From the IMG/VR virus record IMGVR_UViG_3300035232_000745: a stretch of DNA of 64,000 nucleotides, one strand, 5' to 3'. The DNA is from a virus. The notes beneath the pieces are model-generated. The model made no database searches. It saw nothing but the letters and a program-made list of their open reading frames with translations, and was not told where the DNA came from. Shown in pieces: positions 18,428 to 29,582 of this stretch. Positions within the stretch are counted from its first letter, which is position 1; each line of letters begins with the position of its first letter. The translations under genes and the position numbers were made by a program.

Positions 18428-20968
18428 CTAAGCAAAAAAATCTTCTAACGTATTGACGTGTTCAGCATTCCAACCAACTGCTTCTAGAATAGCTTGCAAA
18501 GGGCTTAAGAATACTTTGTCGAATTGTTTTTCGTAATCGATATATTTGTTTAACCCAAGTTCTGGAGGTAAGACACCAGGGAAAGATATGATGTTCTCTC
18601 GTATTGGATTAGGCGTTTTTAGATATACGAACTTTATTTTGTCTCCACCTTTAATACTATCATACTTTTTATCTAAGCCGTTTTGTCTAAGATAGTGGTT
18701 ATAAAGTATCGAACCACGAACATGCATAGGACAGCCTTTTTTGTATAGAGATCCTGATCCTCTATCACGATATTTATCTATGTTGTCTGTGCCTGAATTC
18801 TTTGCAATGTCTTCAGCAGGAAGATTAAAGAACTTTGCTTTAAAGTCTGCGATAAATTCTTGAGTTTTTGTTTCACCTTCGTTCATAATAACCTTGAAAG
18901 ATTCTTTAAGTTTATCACGACATACTTCAGGCGTCGAAGACCTTACTGACTCTAAACCAGTAACTGATATCTTTGGCTCTTCATAGTGTACACCTTCTGA
19001 GTTAAGAGTATTCATAATGTAACGCTTCTTAGCGATGAAGACAGATTTATCAGTAATCTTTTCTCGTGCCATTTGCATAGCTTGACGATACGCACCCATC
19101 TTCTTTGCGAGTTCGATATAACCAGCTTCTAACACTGGTTCAATCTTCATCTGGCAAACTTTGTCAAGAAACTCTTCACCTTTCTTGCGGTCAACATCAA
19201 CAGTACCAAAGGCATTCTCTACGATTGGTGCCATATCAACATAGATAGAGTCTGTATCGATATAAACGATATAGTCTTTATCAGTCTTTAATATTTTATT
19301 TAGATAGTCATTAACTGCTTTCTGTCCATAACGAATAGACAATTGACCAGATGTAGTAATAGCTTCGGCCATGTCGTTAATATAGTATAGAAAGTAGATA
19401 TTTGCTGTAGCACCATACAAACTGTTCATAGCAATTTTGATAGCCATTTGAGAGTTATGTAATTGGTTTGCTTCACGCTTTAACAATTCTTTCTGTGCAG
19501 GATCAGTAGCATCTTCAAGATCTTGCTCTACTTTAAGCATTTTCTTCTTGATGATCTTACGATTACCGTAGTATTCATCAATGATGCTAGGAATTACACC
19601 TTGGAATTGATTAGTAAAACAAGCACCATTAGCACATACAGACATATCTTCTCTATTACTTTGGTACTGACCATTCAATACCATATCTTGTGTAACATGA
19701 TCTCGTTCTTCTGACAAATAAGTTTCGGGAGACATATTATATTGTAACATTAAGTGCGGATACAGAGAGTTAAGATCAAATGATACGATCCAAGGATGCA
19801 TACCTACACGTGGATCTTTAACATAACCACCTACAAGATCGCCAGCTCTTTGACCTGGGCCACCTTTGACTGGTGGAACACGGCCTTCGCTCATAAGTTT
19901 GCGATATAAAGTTGTTTCCCAAATACCAACTGTACCAAACGCATCGTTATAGTTTACACCACCGCCATATGCGACAGTCATAACGAGTTGGAGTAATGAG
20001 GTTTCATCTTCAAATCTTTGGATTAACCACGTGTCTTTAAGGTTATAGTCAAGATATAGTTGTGGATTTTGTTCGTATAACGCGTTAAGGTTACCATACT
20101 CAGAGTAATCTAATTTCTTTTCACCTAATACAACGTTAGCAATATGATCAAGCTTCCAAGACTCTTGCGGACCATACTTATAGCCAAACTTCTTAAAGCA
20201 ATCCATATAGTCAATGATAGAGACACCAGAAATCTCATATGTGTTTTGCATTTTACCATAGAACTCTCGGCCTGTTGGTCTAATGCTACGCCAAGGTGAT
20301 AGATCTTTTACCCATTCTTCACCGAATAAGTTCTTCATGCGAGTTATAAGATATTGTATATCAAAGTATTCTACGTTCCAACCAGTAACGATATCAGGAT
20401 AATTATTGATCCACAACTCTTTGAAGCGCTTAAGTAAAGCATGCTCAGTATCAAATTCCATGAAATGAATGTTATCTGGATCAAGATCTAGTAAAGTCTT
20501 ACTTTTGTCATAACCCTTGCGGCCAAGCAAGTGGTAATCAGAAGACTTCGAAGATTTGTAAGCTATAGATGTAATTTCTTTGTCAGCAGTATTAACATCT
20601 GGGTATCCTGTAGCGATATCAACCTCAATATCAAATGATACGATATTGATCAATGAAGGATCATATTTGATTTCACCTGGGTAATTTTCTTGAATAAACT
20701 GAGCTACATAGTTACTAGACCCTGCTATTTCAAAACCATGCACATCTTTATATTGTTCAATGTAATCCTTTGCATCACGCATCGAGTCCATCTTAGTGGG
20801 CTCTAGATATTTTCCAGAACTAAGAGACTTGTATTTAGTATCGTGCCTTACTCCTGTAAATAGTGTTGGTTGATACTTAACTCTGCGAGAAAAGCTTTTG
20901 CCATTCTCATAACCTCGCCAAAGGATATTGTTGCCGAAACGTTCGACTGATGTGTAAAATTTAGACAT
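18428..20968 (-). CDS. gp43: DNA polymerase gp43 (family B)
   Basis: FDIE exo [19 protein letters not shown]...NSLYG, YIDTDS. Confidence 0.98.
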   Translation of the reverse strand: MSKFYTSVERFGNNILWRGYENGKSFSRRVKYQPTLFTGVRHDTKYKSLSSGKYLEPTKMDSMRDAKDYIEQYKDVHGFEIAGSSNYVAQFIQENYPGEIKYDPSLINIVSFDIEVDIATGYPDVNTADKEITSIAYKSSKSSDYHLLGRKGYDKSKTLLDLDPDNIHFMEFDTEHALLKRFKELWINNYPDIVTGWNVEYFDIQYLITRMKNLFGEEWVKDLSPWRSIRPTGREFYGKMQNTYEISGVSIIDYMDCFKKFGYKYGPQESWKLDHIANVVLGEKKLDYSEYGNLNALYEQNPQLYLDYNLKDTWLIQRFEDETSLLQLVMTVAYGGGVNYNDAFGTVGIWETTLYRKLMSEGRVPPVKGGPGQRAGDLVGGYVKDPRVGMHPWIVSFDLNSLYPHLMLQYNMSPETYLSEERDHVTQDMVLNGQYQSNREDMSVCANGACFTNQFQGVIPSIIDEYYGNRKIIKKKMLKVEQDLEDATDPAQKELLKREANQLHNSQMAIKIAMNSLYGATANIYFLYYINDMAEAITTSGQLSIRYGQKAVNDYLNKILKTDKDYIVYIDTDSIYVDMAPIVENAFGTVDVDRKKGEEFLDKVCQMKIEPVLEAGYIELAKKMGAYRQAMQMAREKITDKSVFIAKKRYIMNTLNSEGVHYEEPKISVTGLESVRSSTPEVCRDKLKESFKVIMNEGETKTQEFIADFKAKFFNLPAEDIAKNSGTDNIDKYRDRGSGSLYKKGCPMHVRGSILYNHYLRQNGLDKKYDSIKGGDKIKFVYLKTPNPIRENIISFPGVLPPELGLNKYIDYEKQFDKVFLSPLQAILEAVGWNAEHVNTLEDFFA

Positions 20969-21027
20969 GGGATTCCTTATTCATAATATAGAATGATAGT
21001 ACCATTAAAGCACGAGTTTGTAAACAA

Positions 21028-21249
21028 TTACTTCTTGTATTCCATCTCTGTAATGATTTCGTCGCCCTCTTTATCATTTGCGATACTTAGGGCCATAGCT
21101 TGTATGTCTTCTATCAATGCATTACAAGCTGCGTGGTCGTATTCTTTATAAGAAATCTCAGCAAATTCGTTTCTAACACGGTGTAACAGTATTGCTTTGT
21201 CTTTCATTACACCTATTCTTTTAATTAGATCTTCGATAGAATGACGCAT
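21028..21249 (-). CDS. hypothetical protein
   Basis: RBS GGAG, ORF. Confidence 0.6.
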   Translation of the reverse strand: MRHSIEDLIKRIGVMKDKAILLHRVRNEFAEISYKEYDHAACNALIEDIQAMALSIANDKEGDEIITEMEYKK

Positions 21250-21257
21250 TTTTTCTC

Positions 21258-22970
21258 CTAGCTTGATATCTCACTAAAGTTCTTAACCTTTTTGAAGTTA
21301 AGGTGATGATCAAATTTGTCACCGAACTGATCACCTCTATGTGATATTACAAAAATATTATCATCTGAATTTAGGTTATGTAATGTATCTATAAGATTTT
21401 CAATACCCACACCATCCAATGCACCATCTAAAGTTTCATCTAACAATAATAAATTTGTCGCTACAGAATTACGAAGCTTTGCAACTGCTCTCCATGCTAA
21501 CATGATTGATAATGAAATTCTAAGTTTCTCTCCTTCTGAGAATGATGCATAAGAAAAAGTGTCACGAAATCTAGACTTAATCGTTTCATTGAAGTTTTCA
21601 TCTAATTGGAAATCAACAAACAAGTCAAAAGCACCGAGGTACTTATTGATTAACTTATTCATTACGGGTATATATTGACGAATAATACGTGTTTTAATAC
21701 CACCATCTTTCAACATAGCAGATACAACAGTTAAGATCTCTTTATGATTAAACAATTCTTGTTGGTCTACTTCAAATTTCTTAAGATTAGTAGCATGAGT
21801 TTCAATTGTAGAAGCATCTACTGCTTGAACTTCTTCTTCAGCTTTATCTAGTTCATTCTTATATGAAACTAAAGCATTCTTAGCAACCTTGATTGTCGCA
21901 CGTTGGTCACCGATAGCAAGATTAATATCTCTCATTTGATCTTCAAGTACCGATATAGACTCGAGACGATCATCATAAGTCTTTGCTTTTGCAGCAAGCT
22001 TTTCTAATCCTTCTTCTAATTCAATAATTTTCTCATCCTTCTCAACAATGATACTAGCTTTAAAAGAATGTTCAATACCTTGTTTACATGTAGGACAATC
22101 ATCATTATCGTGGTAGAATGATACTTCTTTTTTATGAGAACGAATTTGGCTTTCAATATCTCTACGTAATGATTTAGCTTTTTCGGATTTTGCTTTCATT
22201 TCGGGTTTATCTTCAATGTCATCTAAAATGATATCTAAAGTAGCGTTTTGAGCTTTCATAATAGTTTTTGCTTTTTCAATAGCATCAATATGTACAGACA
22301 TTTTTTCTTTAATCTTATCAACCTCTTCGGTCTTAATAGCACGAATAGACTTGTTATGTTCTTTTGCAGACTCAAGCTTAGATTCCGTAAGATCCATCTG
22401 ATAACTATTTTCGTTAATTGAGTCCTTATTACTAGATACTCTATCTTTAAGTAATGTATTCATTGTACTAAAGACTTGAATGTCAAGCAGGTCTTCAATG
22501 ATATCTCGTCTTGTTCCAGTTGGTAATTCCATAAAAGGTACATAAGTTGCAGAACCGAGAATAACAATCTGGTTAAAAGATTTAAAGTTTAAGTTAAGAA
22601 TGTTTTGTTCAAGATAAGCTTGATAATCCTTTGAAGCTGCATCTTGATTTAAGAGTTCTCCATTCTTCCATATCTCAAATACGTTTGGTTTAATGCCTCG
22701 ACGTATCATGAAAGTATTTTTACCTATCTTAAAGTTAACTTCAACTAAGGTTTCTTTTGCGTTTATCGTATTAATCAACTGGTTCTTATTAACCTTACGA
22801 AATGCTTTACCGTAAAGGGCAAATACTATGGCATCTAAAAGAGTAGATTTACCACTGCCATTAGTACCGGAAATAAGAGTTGTTCTATTCTTATCAAGTT
22901 CAACCTTTGTCCAAGCATTGCCAGAAGATAACAGGTTTTTATACTTAATATTTTGAAATAATATTTTCAT
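21258..22970 (-). CDS. gp46: recombination ATPase gp46 (Rad50-like)
   Basis: GTNGSGKS, CPTC Zn hook, FSEGE signature, LLLDE, ISH. Confidence 0.97.
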   Translation of the reverse strand: MKILFQNIKYKNLLSSGNAWTKVELDKNRTTLISGTNGSGKSTLLDAIVFALYGKAFRKVNKNQLINTINAKETLVEVNFKIGKNTFMIRRGIKPNVFEIWKNGELLNQDAASKDYQAYLEQNILNLNFKSFNQIVILGSATYVPFMELPTGTRRDIIEDLLDIQVFSTMNTLLKDRVSSNKDSINENSYQMDLTESKLESAKEHNKSIRAIKTEEVDKIKEKMSVHIDAIEKAKTIMKAQNATLDIILDDIEDKPEMKAKSEKAKSLRRDIESQIRSHKKEVSFYHDNDDCPTCKQGIEHSFKASIIVEKDEKIIELEEGLEKLAAKAKTYDDRLESISVLEDQMRDINLAIGDQRATIKVAKNALVSYKNELDKAEEEVQAVDASTIETHATNLKKFEVDQQELFNHKEILTVVSAMLKDGGIKTRIIRQYIPVMNKLINKYLGAFDLFVDFQLDENFNETIKSRFRDTFSYASFSEGEKLRISLSIMLAWRAVAKLRNSVATNLLLLDETLDGALDGVGIENLIDTLHNLNSDDNIFVISHRGDQFGDKFDHHLNFKKVKNFSEISS

Positions 22971-24031
22971 TAGATATTTTGTGCTTCCGAATATAGTTCA
23001 TCAATCAATTCTTTGATCCTTACTTTGTCTGCTTTAGTGTCTATCGATCTAACATAATCATGTAGAATATCTTTGGTATCTTTAGTTTCATCCAAGATAT
23101 CATCTACACCACTATCTTCTAAATCTAACGAATCGTCAACAGATTTTACGTCTGCAGCACCTCCGTCTGTTAACTTATTAATGAACAAATCATATATGTA
23201 AGGATTAGTTCTATTTTTAACTATGACTTTGATATAAGCATCTTTGATGTTAGTCATATCAAGATTAGCTATATCTTCGATAGTCATGTCCTTATCGTCA
23301 TAATCAATCTTATGATATATCGCAAATGGATTTAGAACCCAATTAAGATTGCGAGTTTCAGTATCAAGAACTCTAAACCCACGTTTACCTTGATAATCTG
23401 ACCATGTCATTTCATAAGGTGCACCTAAATAATTAATATTACCATATTCAGATGGGTGATGGAAGTGTCCAGAATAAACTTGTTCATAAGAAGTAAACAA
23501 CTCTTTAGATAAGCCGTGATCACATATAGCACCTTTCAACATTTCAAATCCAACGATATCAAAGTGGCCCATACATATATGAGCGTTAGAATTTCGTATA
23601 GCTTCCAAAGATGTTTCTGAGTTTGTTTTCGTGATCCACGGTACCATAATAACATTAGTTGATCCAAATGTCAATTCTACTGGTTCATCTCTGTATATAT
23701 TAAAGTTTTCATACTCTTGAAGTAGTAAATCCATTGAGTTTACTTCATTTGTGTTCGTATAATAAACTGAGTGATTACCTACTACAGCATGATATTCTAT
23801 ACCCCGTGATTGAAGCTGATCAAAGAAAAACTTCTTTGCTCTTCCGAGTGTTACGTAGTTAATATACTTTCTTCTATCAAATGTATCTCCTAGATCTAAC
23901 ACCGTATCGATTTCGTGTTTATCTAAATACGGAAAGAATATCTCATTAAAGAAACGTTCTTGATGATCTAAGAATATCTTTGAATCACCTCTTACTCCGA
24001 GGTGCATATCTGTGATGATAGCTATCTTCAT
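22970..24031 (-). CDS. gp47: recombination endonuclease gp47 (Mre11-like)
   Basis: TDMHLG, LGDTFD, GNH, SGHFH. Confidence 0.97.
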   Translation of the reverse strand: MKIAIITDMHLGVRGDSKIFLDHQERFFNEIFFPYLDKHEIDTVLDLGDTFDRRKYINYVTLGRAKKFFFDQLQSRGIEYHAVVGNHSVYYTNTNEVNSMDLLLQEYENFNIYRDEPVELTFGSTNVIMVPWITKTNSETSLEAIRNSNAHICMGHFDIVGFEMLKGAICDHGLSKELFTSYEQVYSGHFHHPSEYGNINYLGAPYEMTWSDYQGKRGFRVLDTETRNLNWVLNPFAIYHKIDYDDKDMTIEDIANLDMTNIKDAYIKVIVKNRTNPYIYDLFINKLTDGGAADVKSVDDSLDLEDSGVDDILDETKDTKDILHDYVRSIDTKADKVRIKELIDELYSEAQNI

Positions 24032-24588
24032 TTTTCATCGATCTCGTCAATTACTTCTTGAATATCAACTTCTTCATCTGCATTCTTTTTCTTTGCTTTA
24101 TCTCTTGCAATCTTATCTTCATAATCTTGAACAAAGGAATTCATATAATCTGCAGAAGTTGTTAAGTTAAGAGTAACGTCTTCTCCACCAGCATAAGTTC
24201 CACCAGTTGCAATCATCTGTTGCGAAGATTTAAAACGAATATACATTTGTTTCTTTTCTTTTTGAATGCGACGTAAGAAAGCAAACCAAATAATTTGTGT
24301 AAAATACGCAAAAGGATTTTGAGATTTTTCAGGATTAAAGTTACCCATATATAATAGGCAATTTTCAATTCCGTCTGATATCATATCATCTTTATATGAG
24401 TAACCACTGAAATTTGGTTTTGTTGCAAGTCTTGTTGCAATCTGATAGATGCACTTACCAATGTAGTCAGGACATCTTGGTTTCTCGTCACCAGCATCTT
24501 CTGCTTCAACGCATAATTTTTTGTATTGTATTAATGCTTCAAGAAAGTCTGCATTATTAACATAGTTCTTCTTCGCTCTTTTAGCCAT
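24028..24588 (-). CDS. gp55: late transcription sigma factor gp55
   Basis: YVNN..F, PNFSGYSY.DDMISDGIENC, NPFAYFTQI...AFLRRI.KEK. Confidence 0.95.
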   Translation of the reverse strand: MAKRAKKNYVNNADFLEALIQYKKLCVEAEDAGDEKPRCPDYIGKCIYQIATRLATKPNFSGYSYKDDMISDGIENCLLYMGNFNPEKSQNPFAYFTQIIWFAFLRRIQKEKKQMYIRFKSSQQMIATGGTYAGGEDVTLNLTTSADYMNSFVQDYEDKIARDKAKKKNADEEVDIQEVIDEIDEK

Positions 24589-24675
24589 TTTAGAACACTA
24601 GCCTCCTCCGTATATTTGGGTTGTTATATAAAATGTACAGCGAAATTGTTAATTTGTACACTTTTTATTTTTTTG

Positions 24676-24703
24676 TTGACATTTTTGGAATGCCGAGTAT
24701 AAT
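24676..24703 (+). promoter_or_regulatory. consensus sigma70 promoter pointing antisense into uvsW
   Basis: TTGACA-N16-TATAAT on the + strand with no + strand ORF downstream. Confidence 0.6.
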
Positions 24704-24727
24704 AGGCTTATCGCCTTTAAAATAATA

Positions 24728-26218
24728 TTATATATCTATGGTATAGATCTTCATTGCGAATTGCTCTTGGCCGTAAATCTCAACTCTTTTTCTAAAGTGT
24801 GTTAAGGTATAGTTAGAATATGCTCCAACGCTAAGATCGTCGGCAATATCGTATAGAGTTGCTTTATCAGCATCATTACCCTTTCTCAAGGTTCTTCCTA
24901 TCGATTGCAAAACCTTAACTTCAGATTTAGATCCTGAAGCAAAGATAACATTATCAAGCTTTTTTAAGTTTACACCAGTCGAAAACACACCATAAGATGC
25001 AAGAATATCGTGTTGTTTAATAGGATCATTTTCTATTAAATGACGTATACGTTCTCTTTCGTCGCCCTTAGTTGCACCATATATGAAGTGTAATTGACGA
25101 TCATCTTTGCGAAGCATAGGTTCAAGTATTTTACCATGCTTTTCTACTAAATCAAATAATACTAAATTATTCTGATCTTTTAAAGACCAAAGAAGATTAC
25201 GAATGAATAAGTTTCTCTTCTCGTGGTTTACCAAATATTCGCGCTCTGCCGGATATTTCTTACTAGCACTATCTATCTTAGATATAGCTTTCTTAAATGC
25301 TTTACGATTTTCTGCACTATGAGATAATACAATTGCTTTAATATTAAAGTCGGCAACAGTACCAGCATCCATTAAATCTTTAGTTGTAACATGTTTTCTT
25401 ACAGAACCAAAACAACCTTCAAGAACTAATCTATGAGTTTTACTCTCTTCTGATTTAAGAGTACCAGTAAATCCATGTCTATAATAACATTCGTCTAACG
25501 ATTCCATAATTTTTTGTAATGATTTTGCTTGGAATAGATGCGCCTCATCTCCTAATACAACTTTAAACTGAGAGAACCAATCTTTATTTAGTTTTATCAA
25601 TGATTGCCAAGTGCTAATAACGATAGGAGCATCAGTATTCTTATCAATTCCACCTTGGATTTTATACATCATTGATGGATCACATCCATAATCAACGAAA
25701 TCGCCATACATCTGATGTACCAATCCAATCGTTGGAACAATAATAAGAGTTCTATGGTCGTAATTTCTAAAGTAATGTTGTTGTATTAAGTAGATTATAA
25801 GTGATTTACCAGAAGAAGTAGGAGATAAAGAAAGCGATCTACTATCTCTTAACGCATCTACAATATATTTGTTTTGATAATCTCTTGGTTCAAATTTGCA
25901 ATTTATTTCTTTTGCAATTTCATATCCATAATTTTCTGGTATATCTTCGCCAAAAAGTAAATGATCAGAAGCCCGCAATTCGTAACCTCTATCTTCACAG
26001 AATTTTTTTAATTTATGAAATAATCCTACATATAGAATAGGTTTCATGGCATTGAATATTCTTATCCAACCATCCCAAACTCTATTCTTAAATGCAGGTG
26101 AGAACTGATAATTATTAGGTTGAAATCTGAAATACTGCTCAAGCTCCATCTTAATACCTGAGTCGGCAGTAATCCGAAGATGAACAGCATTAATCTGTTC
26201 TACATTCACAATTTCCAT
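24728..26218 (-). CDS. uvsW: UvsW RNA-DNA/DNA-DNA helicase
   Basis: RDYQ, PTSSGKS, DEAH, TGT, QSIGR.LR. Confidence 0.96.
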   Translation of the reverse strand: MEIVNVEQINAVHLRITADSGIKMELEQYFRFQPNNYQFSPAFKNRVWDGWIRIFNAMKPILYVGLFHKLKKFCEDRGYELRASDHLLFGEDIPENYGYEIAKEINCKFEPRDYQNKYIVDALRDSRSLSLSPTSSGKSLIIYLIQQHYFRNYDHRTLIIVPTIGLVHQMYGDFVDYGCDPSMMYKIQGGIDKNTDAPIVISTWQSLIKLNKDWFSQFKVVLGDEAHLFQAKSLQKIMESLDECYYRHGFTGTLKSEESKTHRLVLEGCFGSVRKHVTTKDLMDAGTVADFNIKAIVLSHSAENRKAFKKAISKIDSASKKYPAEREYLVNHEKRNLFIRNLLWSLKDQNNLVLFDLVEKHGKILEPMLRKDDRQLHFIYGATKGDERERIRHLIENDPIKQHDILASYGVFSTGVNLKKLDNVIFASGSKSEVKVLQSIGRTLRKGNDADKATLYDIADDLSVGAYSNYTLTHFRKRVEIYGQEQFAMKIYTIDI

Positions 26219-26279
26219 AATAAAAAATCTCCAATTCGTATACTATAGTCCTATTTATGTGTATACGCCAGGCTGGAAA

Positions 26280-26543
26280 TTAAACCTCGATATCTACAAA
26301 CTCACCTTCTGAATAAGCAACATCAACAGCATTGCCGTTAGGATCATAGCGTAAAACTGCTTGTTGTCTTAATGTGTTTATTTCTTCGATACGTTCTTCA
26401 ATTTCCTTGACTTGATTAAGTCTTATTTCTGCACGAGTAGCTTGTTCAACCACACGAATTCGTGCTTTCTCCATAGGAGGTTTAATAAATTCAGAGTTAG
26501 GATATACCATAGGATGTCCATATATGTTATTTACTTCTGTCAT
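26280..26543 (-). CDS. hypothetical protein
   Basis: ORF packing. Confidence 0.6.
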   Translation of the reverse strand: MTEVNNIYGHPMVYPNSEFIKPPMEKARIRVVEQATRAEIRLNQVKEIEERIEEINTLRQQAVLRYDPNGNAVDVAYSEGEFVDIEV

Positions 26544-26980
26544 TAGTATTCTCCTGCTTGAAACTTCATAATATCAATCATAGATTTGATTATAAAGTTA
26601 CGACCATGAATAGTCTTAACGATGTCTTCTAAAAACTTTGCTCTTTCAGTATGATAGTCTATCTTGAGACTAATTCGTATAATATCTTTATCTGCCTGGA
26701 TATACTTGTCCATATCTTGGCGCATTACTTTCTTTTGATAAGGTTTCCAACCACGTTCGCGCAAATCCTCTTCGGCCATATCGCCGTTAAACCATTCACG
26801 CTTATCGTATTCCATTTCTTTGTAATCGTATTTTAATTTCTTTACAGTAAGAGCTTCTCTGTAATACATATTATAATACTTAGAATGTAGTTGTGGAATT
26901 TTCTTAGCTTCATTACCCAAGTTAGTTTCGTCAATGACTGCGTCTGCAGCCCAAACTTCGCTAATATCATCAGTGCTCAT
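26543..26980 (-). CDS. uvsY: recombination mediator UvsY
   Basis: W..D..ID, IP.LHSKY, YIQAD.D, R.F.IK..I...KF.AG. Confidence 0.92.
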   Translation of the reverse strand: MSTDDISEVWAADAVIDETNLGNEAKKIPQLHSKYYNMYYREALTVKKLKYDYKEMEYDKREWFNGDMAEEDLRERGWKPYQKKVMRQDMDKYIQADKDIIRISLKIDYHTERAKFLEDIVKTIHGRNFIIKSMIDIMKFQAGEY

Positions 26981-27041
26981 AGATAAACCTTCTCAAATCA
27001 GAATCATATAAGAGTTATTCTACACTGTTATGAAGAAAATG

Positions 27042-27530
27042 TCAACCTAATTTTTCGAACTTAAATCTATCGTATCTAAAAGTCATCGATGCTTCTGGAT
27101 ATATGACGTCATCTGCAGCAGCATCCAAATTAACTCCAGTTAAGTTTGTAGGGAAGCAATTTAAGAACGTAAACTTTATATTAGGGTTCTTATGCGAGTT
27201 AAGTATTGTAATCGTAATATCTGATACAATACCATCATCAGATTTAGCTAGTCTAGAAAATTGTGCTAGGTCTTCTGTTGAAGTAAGACTTTCCATCCAT
27301 GATAGACACTCATAATAATTAGCCATCGATTCATCAACTATAAAAGAAAGATCTAATTCTTGGTATAAAAGTCTATCGCTTGTATTATAATAATTAGAAA
27401 GTGGTGTCGGTGTTTCAATTGTACCAGATGAAACTCCAGGTATCAATACCCTTTGAGTAAAGAACTCTACGTTAGGCAAACGCTTCACATTGATTTTAAA
27501 CCCAACGGGCGACAAGTAATTTGTAATCAT
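27042..27530 (-). CDS. gp3: tail completion/sheath stabilizer gp3
   Basis: NYLSP.GF, F.VDE...NY, SD.T.TILNS, FP..L; adjacent to uvsY. Confidence 0.85.
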   Translation of the reverse strand: MITNYLSPVGFKINVKRLPNVEFFTQRVLIPGVSSGTIETPTPLSNYYNTSDRLLYQELDLSFIVDESMANYYECLSWMESLTSTEDLAQFSRLAKSDDGIVSDITITILNSHKNPNIKFTFLNCFPTNLTGVNLDAAADDVIYPEASMTFRYDRFKFEKLG

Positions 27531-27569
27531 GATTATTTTCCTGTGTACAGTAATGATTTAGTATGATAG

Positions 27570-27605
27570 TATTTATCAGAATGTGGTATTTTGATTCTAT
27601 AAATA
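27570..27605. promoter_or_regulatory. divergent late promoters (GATAAATA on -, TATAAATA on +)
   Basis: tatttatc at 27570-27577; tataaata at 27598-27605; strand switch point. Confidence 0.6.
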
Positions 27606-27634
27606 TGCCACCTACAACAATAAGGACGATCCTA

Positions 27635-27685
27635 ATGATCGACGACCCATGTGACGATTGCTCACACTGGCTTGGTAAAATATAA
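27635..27685 (+). CDS. 16-aa micropeptide MIDDPCDDCSHWLGKI
   Basis: RBS TAAGGA, directly downstream of a late promoter. Confidence 0.4.
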   Translation: MIDDPCDDCSHWLGKI

Positions 27686-27697
27686 TGGAGTTTTGAA

Positions 27698-29518
27698 ATG
27701 GCAAACGACTTTCGAATTTTAACAGCAAGACAACACGTGAGAGAACGTATAGGAATGTACCTTGGTTCAAGCTCGCAAGAAGTTGTTGAACGCTTTGTTA
27801 AGGGAGAATGGAAAACAGCACAGTATGTTCCTGCGCTTTCTAAAATGATTGACGAAATACTCGACAACTCTATTGATGAAGCTATAAGAACTAACTTTAA
27901 ACATGCCAATAAGATTGATGTCTCTATTAATCTAGACCAAGTTACAGTAACTGATAATGGTAGAGGTATTCCTCAAGATGAAATTTACGATGAAACTAGT
28001 AAAGAAAAAATACTACGCCCTGTTGCTGCATGGACTCGCGTAAATGCTGGTACTAGCTTTGACGACGAGAGAGTAACAATTGGTACAAACGGTGTCGGTT
28101 CATCTGCTACTAATTTCTTATCATCTAAATTCGTTGGTAAAACTTGGTCAAATGGGAATATGATTTCTGTTACTTGTAAAAACGGTGGCGAAGAAATTAA
28201 AGTTAGCACCAGGGATAAAGAAGGATCAGGCACAGAGGTTTCATTTGTAGCAGACTTCGATTGCTTTGAAACAAATTCATTATCAAACCTAGATACGATT
28301 GAGTTATTAGAAGATCGTTTAATGAGTTTGCAAATGGCTTTCCCTGAAATACGTTTCTCTTTTAATAAAAGAAAGATACAAGTTTCTGATCTTAAAAAAT
28401 ATTCTGCTTTATTTAATGATACAGTAGTAATAGAAAAATCAGAAAATGTGTCGTTTTTCTTTACATCATCTGAAGATGGTTTCAGAACTAACTCTTTTGT
28501 TAACGGTGTTAATACACGTATGGGTGGTACTTATGTAGACTACATCGTAAATAATATTGTAGACGAATTGATGGTTATGATTAAGCGCAAATTTAAAGTA
28601 GAGGTAGCGAAGAACACAATTAAAGGTGGACTCACTTTCGTATTGTTTGCACGTAATTTTGTTAATCCTAAATTCGACTCACAAACCAAAGAGCGTTTAA
28701 CTAATCCTATGAGTAATGTGCGTGAGCATTTTGAAACAGCGGAATGTAAAGACTTTGCAACTTACGCTCGTAAGATTATCAATACACCAGATCTTATTGA
28801 TCCAATTATTGAAGCACAATTAGCAAAGAAGATTGCCGCTGATAAACGTGCAGCTACTCTTGCTCAGAAAAATCTTCGTAAAGTAAAGGTCGCAAAGCAC
28901 ATCGCTGCTTCTCGTCAAGATGCAACTCTCAAGATTGTTGAAGGTGACTCAGCTATGGGTTTCTTACTTAAAGTAAGAGATGCTCAAAAGGTTGGAGCAT
29001 ATCCATTGCGAGGTGTTATTATGAATACTTGGGATATGAAACCAGCTGATGTTCTTAAGAATAAAGAATTATCAGAACTCGTAGCTGTTCTTGGTTTAGA
29101 TATTAATAATCCTAATTCTGTAGACAACGCTACGTATGATAACATAGCTACACTTACAGATGCAGATCACGATGGCATTGGTCATATTAGTCCATTGCTA
29201 ATTGCATTCTTCTATAAATTCTGGCCACGTCTTTTAAGTGAAAAACGCGTTAAGATTACACGTACACCGATTATGATTTCTCGTAGTGGTGATAAAGTTA
29301 AGTGGTTCTACACATATGAAGAAGCATCTGCTTTTAAATCAAATCAATCTGGTTGGAAGCATCGCTACATTAAAGGTTTAGGATCGTTGACTGAAGAGGA
29401 ATACGATGTGATTATTAATCAACCTCAGTATGATACTGTAACTGTTGATGATGCATCTATGTTTCAGATGATGTTTGGTAAAGAAAGTCAACTTCGTAAA
29501 GATTATATGTTTGCATGA
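27698..29518 (+). CDS. gp39: DNA topoisomerase II large subunit (gp39+gp60 fused)
   Basis: GHKL EILDNSIDE, DNGRGIP, GTNGVG; TOPRIM EGDSA, PLRG, DADHDG, YIKGLG. Confidence 0.97.
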   Translation: MANDFRILTARQHVRERIGMYLGSSSQEVVERFVKGEWKTAQYVPALSKMIDEILDNSIDEAIRTNFKHANKIDVSINLDQVTVTDNGRGIPQDEIYDETSKEKILRPVAAWTRVNAGTSFDDERVTIGTNGVGSSATNFLSSKFVGKTWSNGNMISVTCKNGGEEIKVSTRDKEGSGTEVSFVADFDCFETNSLSNLDTIELLEDRLMSLQMAFPEIRFSFNKRKIQVSDLKKYSALFNDTVVIEKSENVSFFFTSSEDGFRTNSFVNGVNTRMGGTYVDYIVNNIVDELMVMIKRKFKVEVAKNTIKGGLTFVLFARNFVNPKFDSQTKERLTNPMSNVREHFETAECKDFATYARKIINTPDLIDPIIEAQLAKKIAADKRAATLAQKNLRKVKVAKHIAASRQDATLKIVEGDSAMGFLLKVRDAQKVGAYPLRGVIMNTWDMKPADVLKNKELSELVAVLGLDINNPNSVDNATYDNIATLTDADHDGIGHISPLLIAFFYKFWPRLLSEKRVKITRTPIMISRSGDKVKWFYTYEEASAFKSNQSGWKHRYIKGLGSLTEEEYDVIINQPQYDTVTVDDASMFQMMFGKESQLRKDYMFA

Positions 29519-29582
29519 TGGTTTACATTTTATGAAAATCGTGGTATTATGTATAGAATCATAAAGATGGGAATTATTATAA

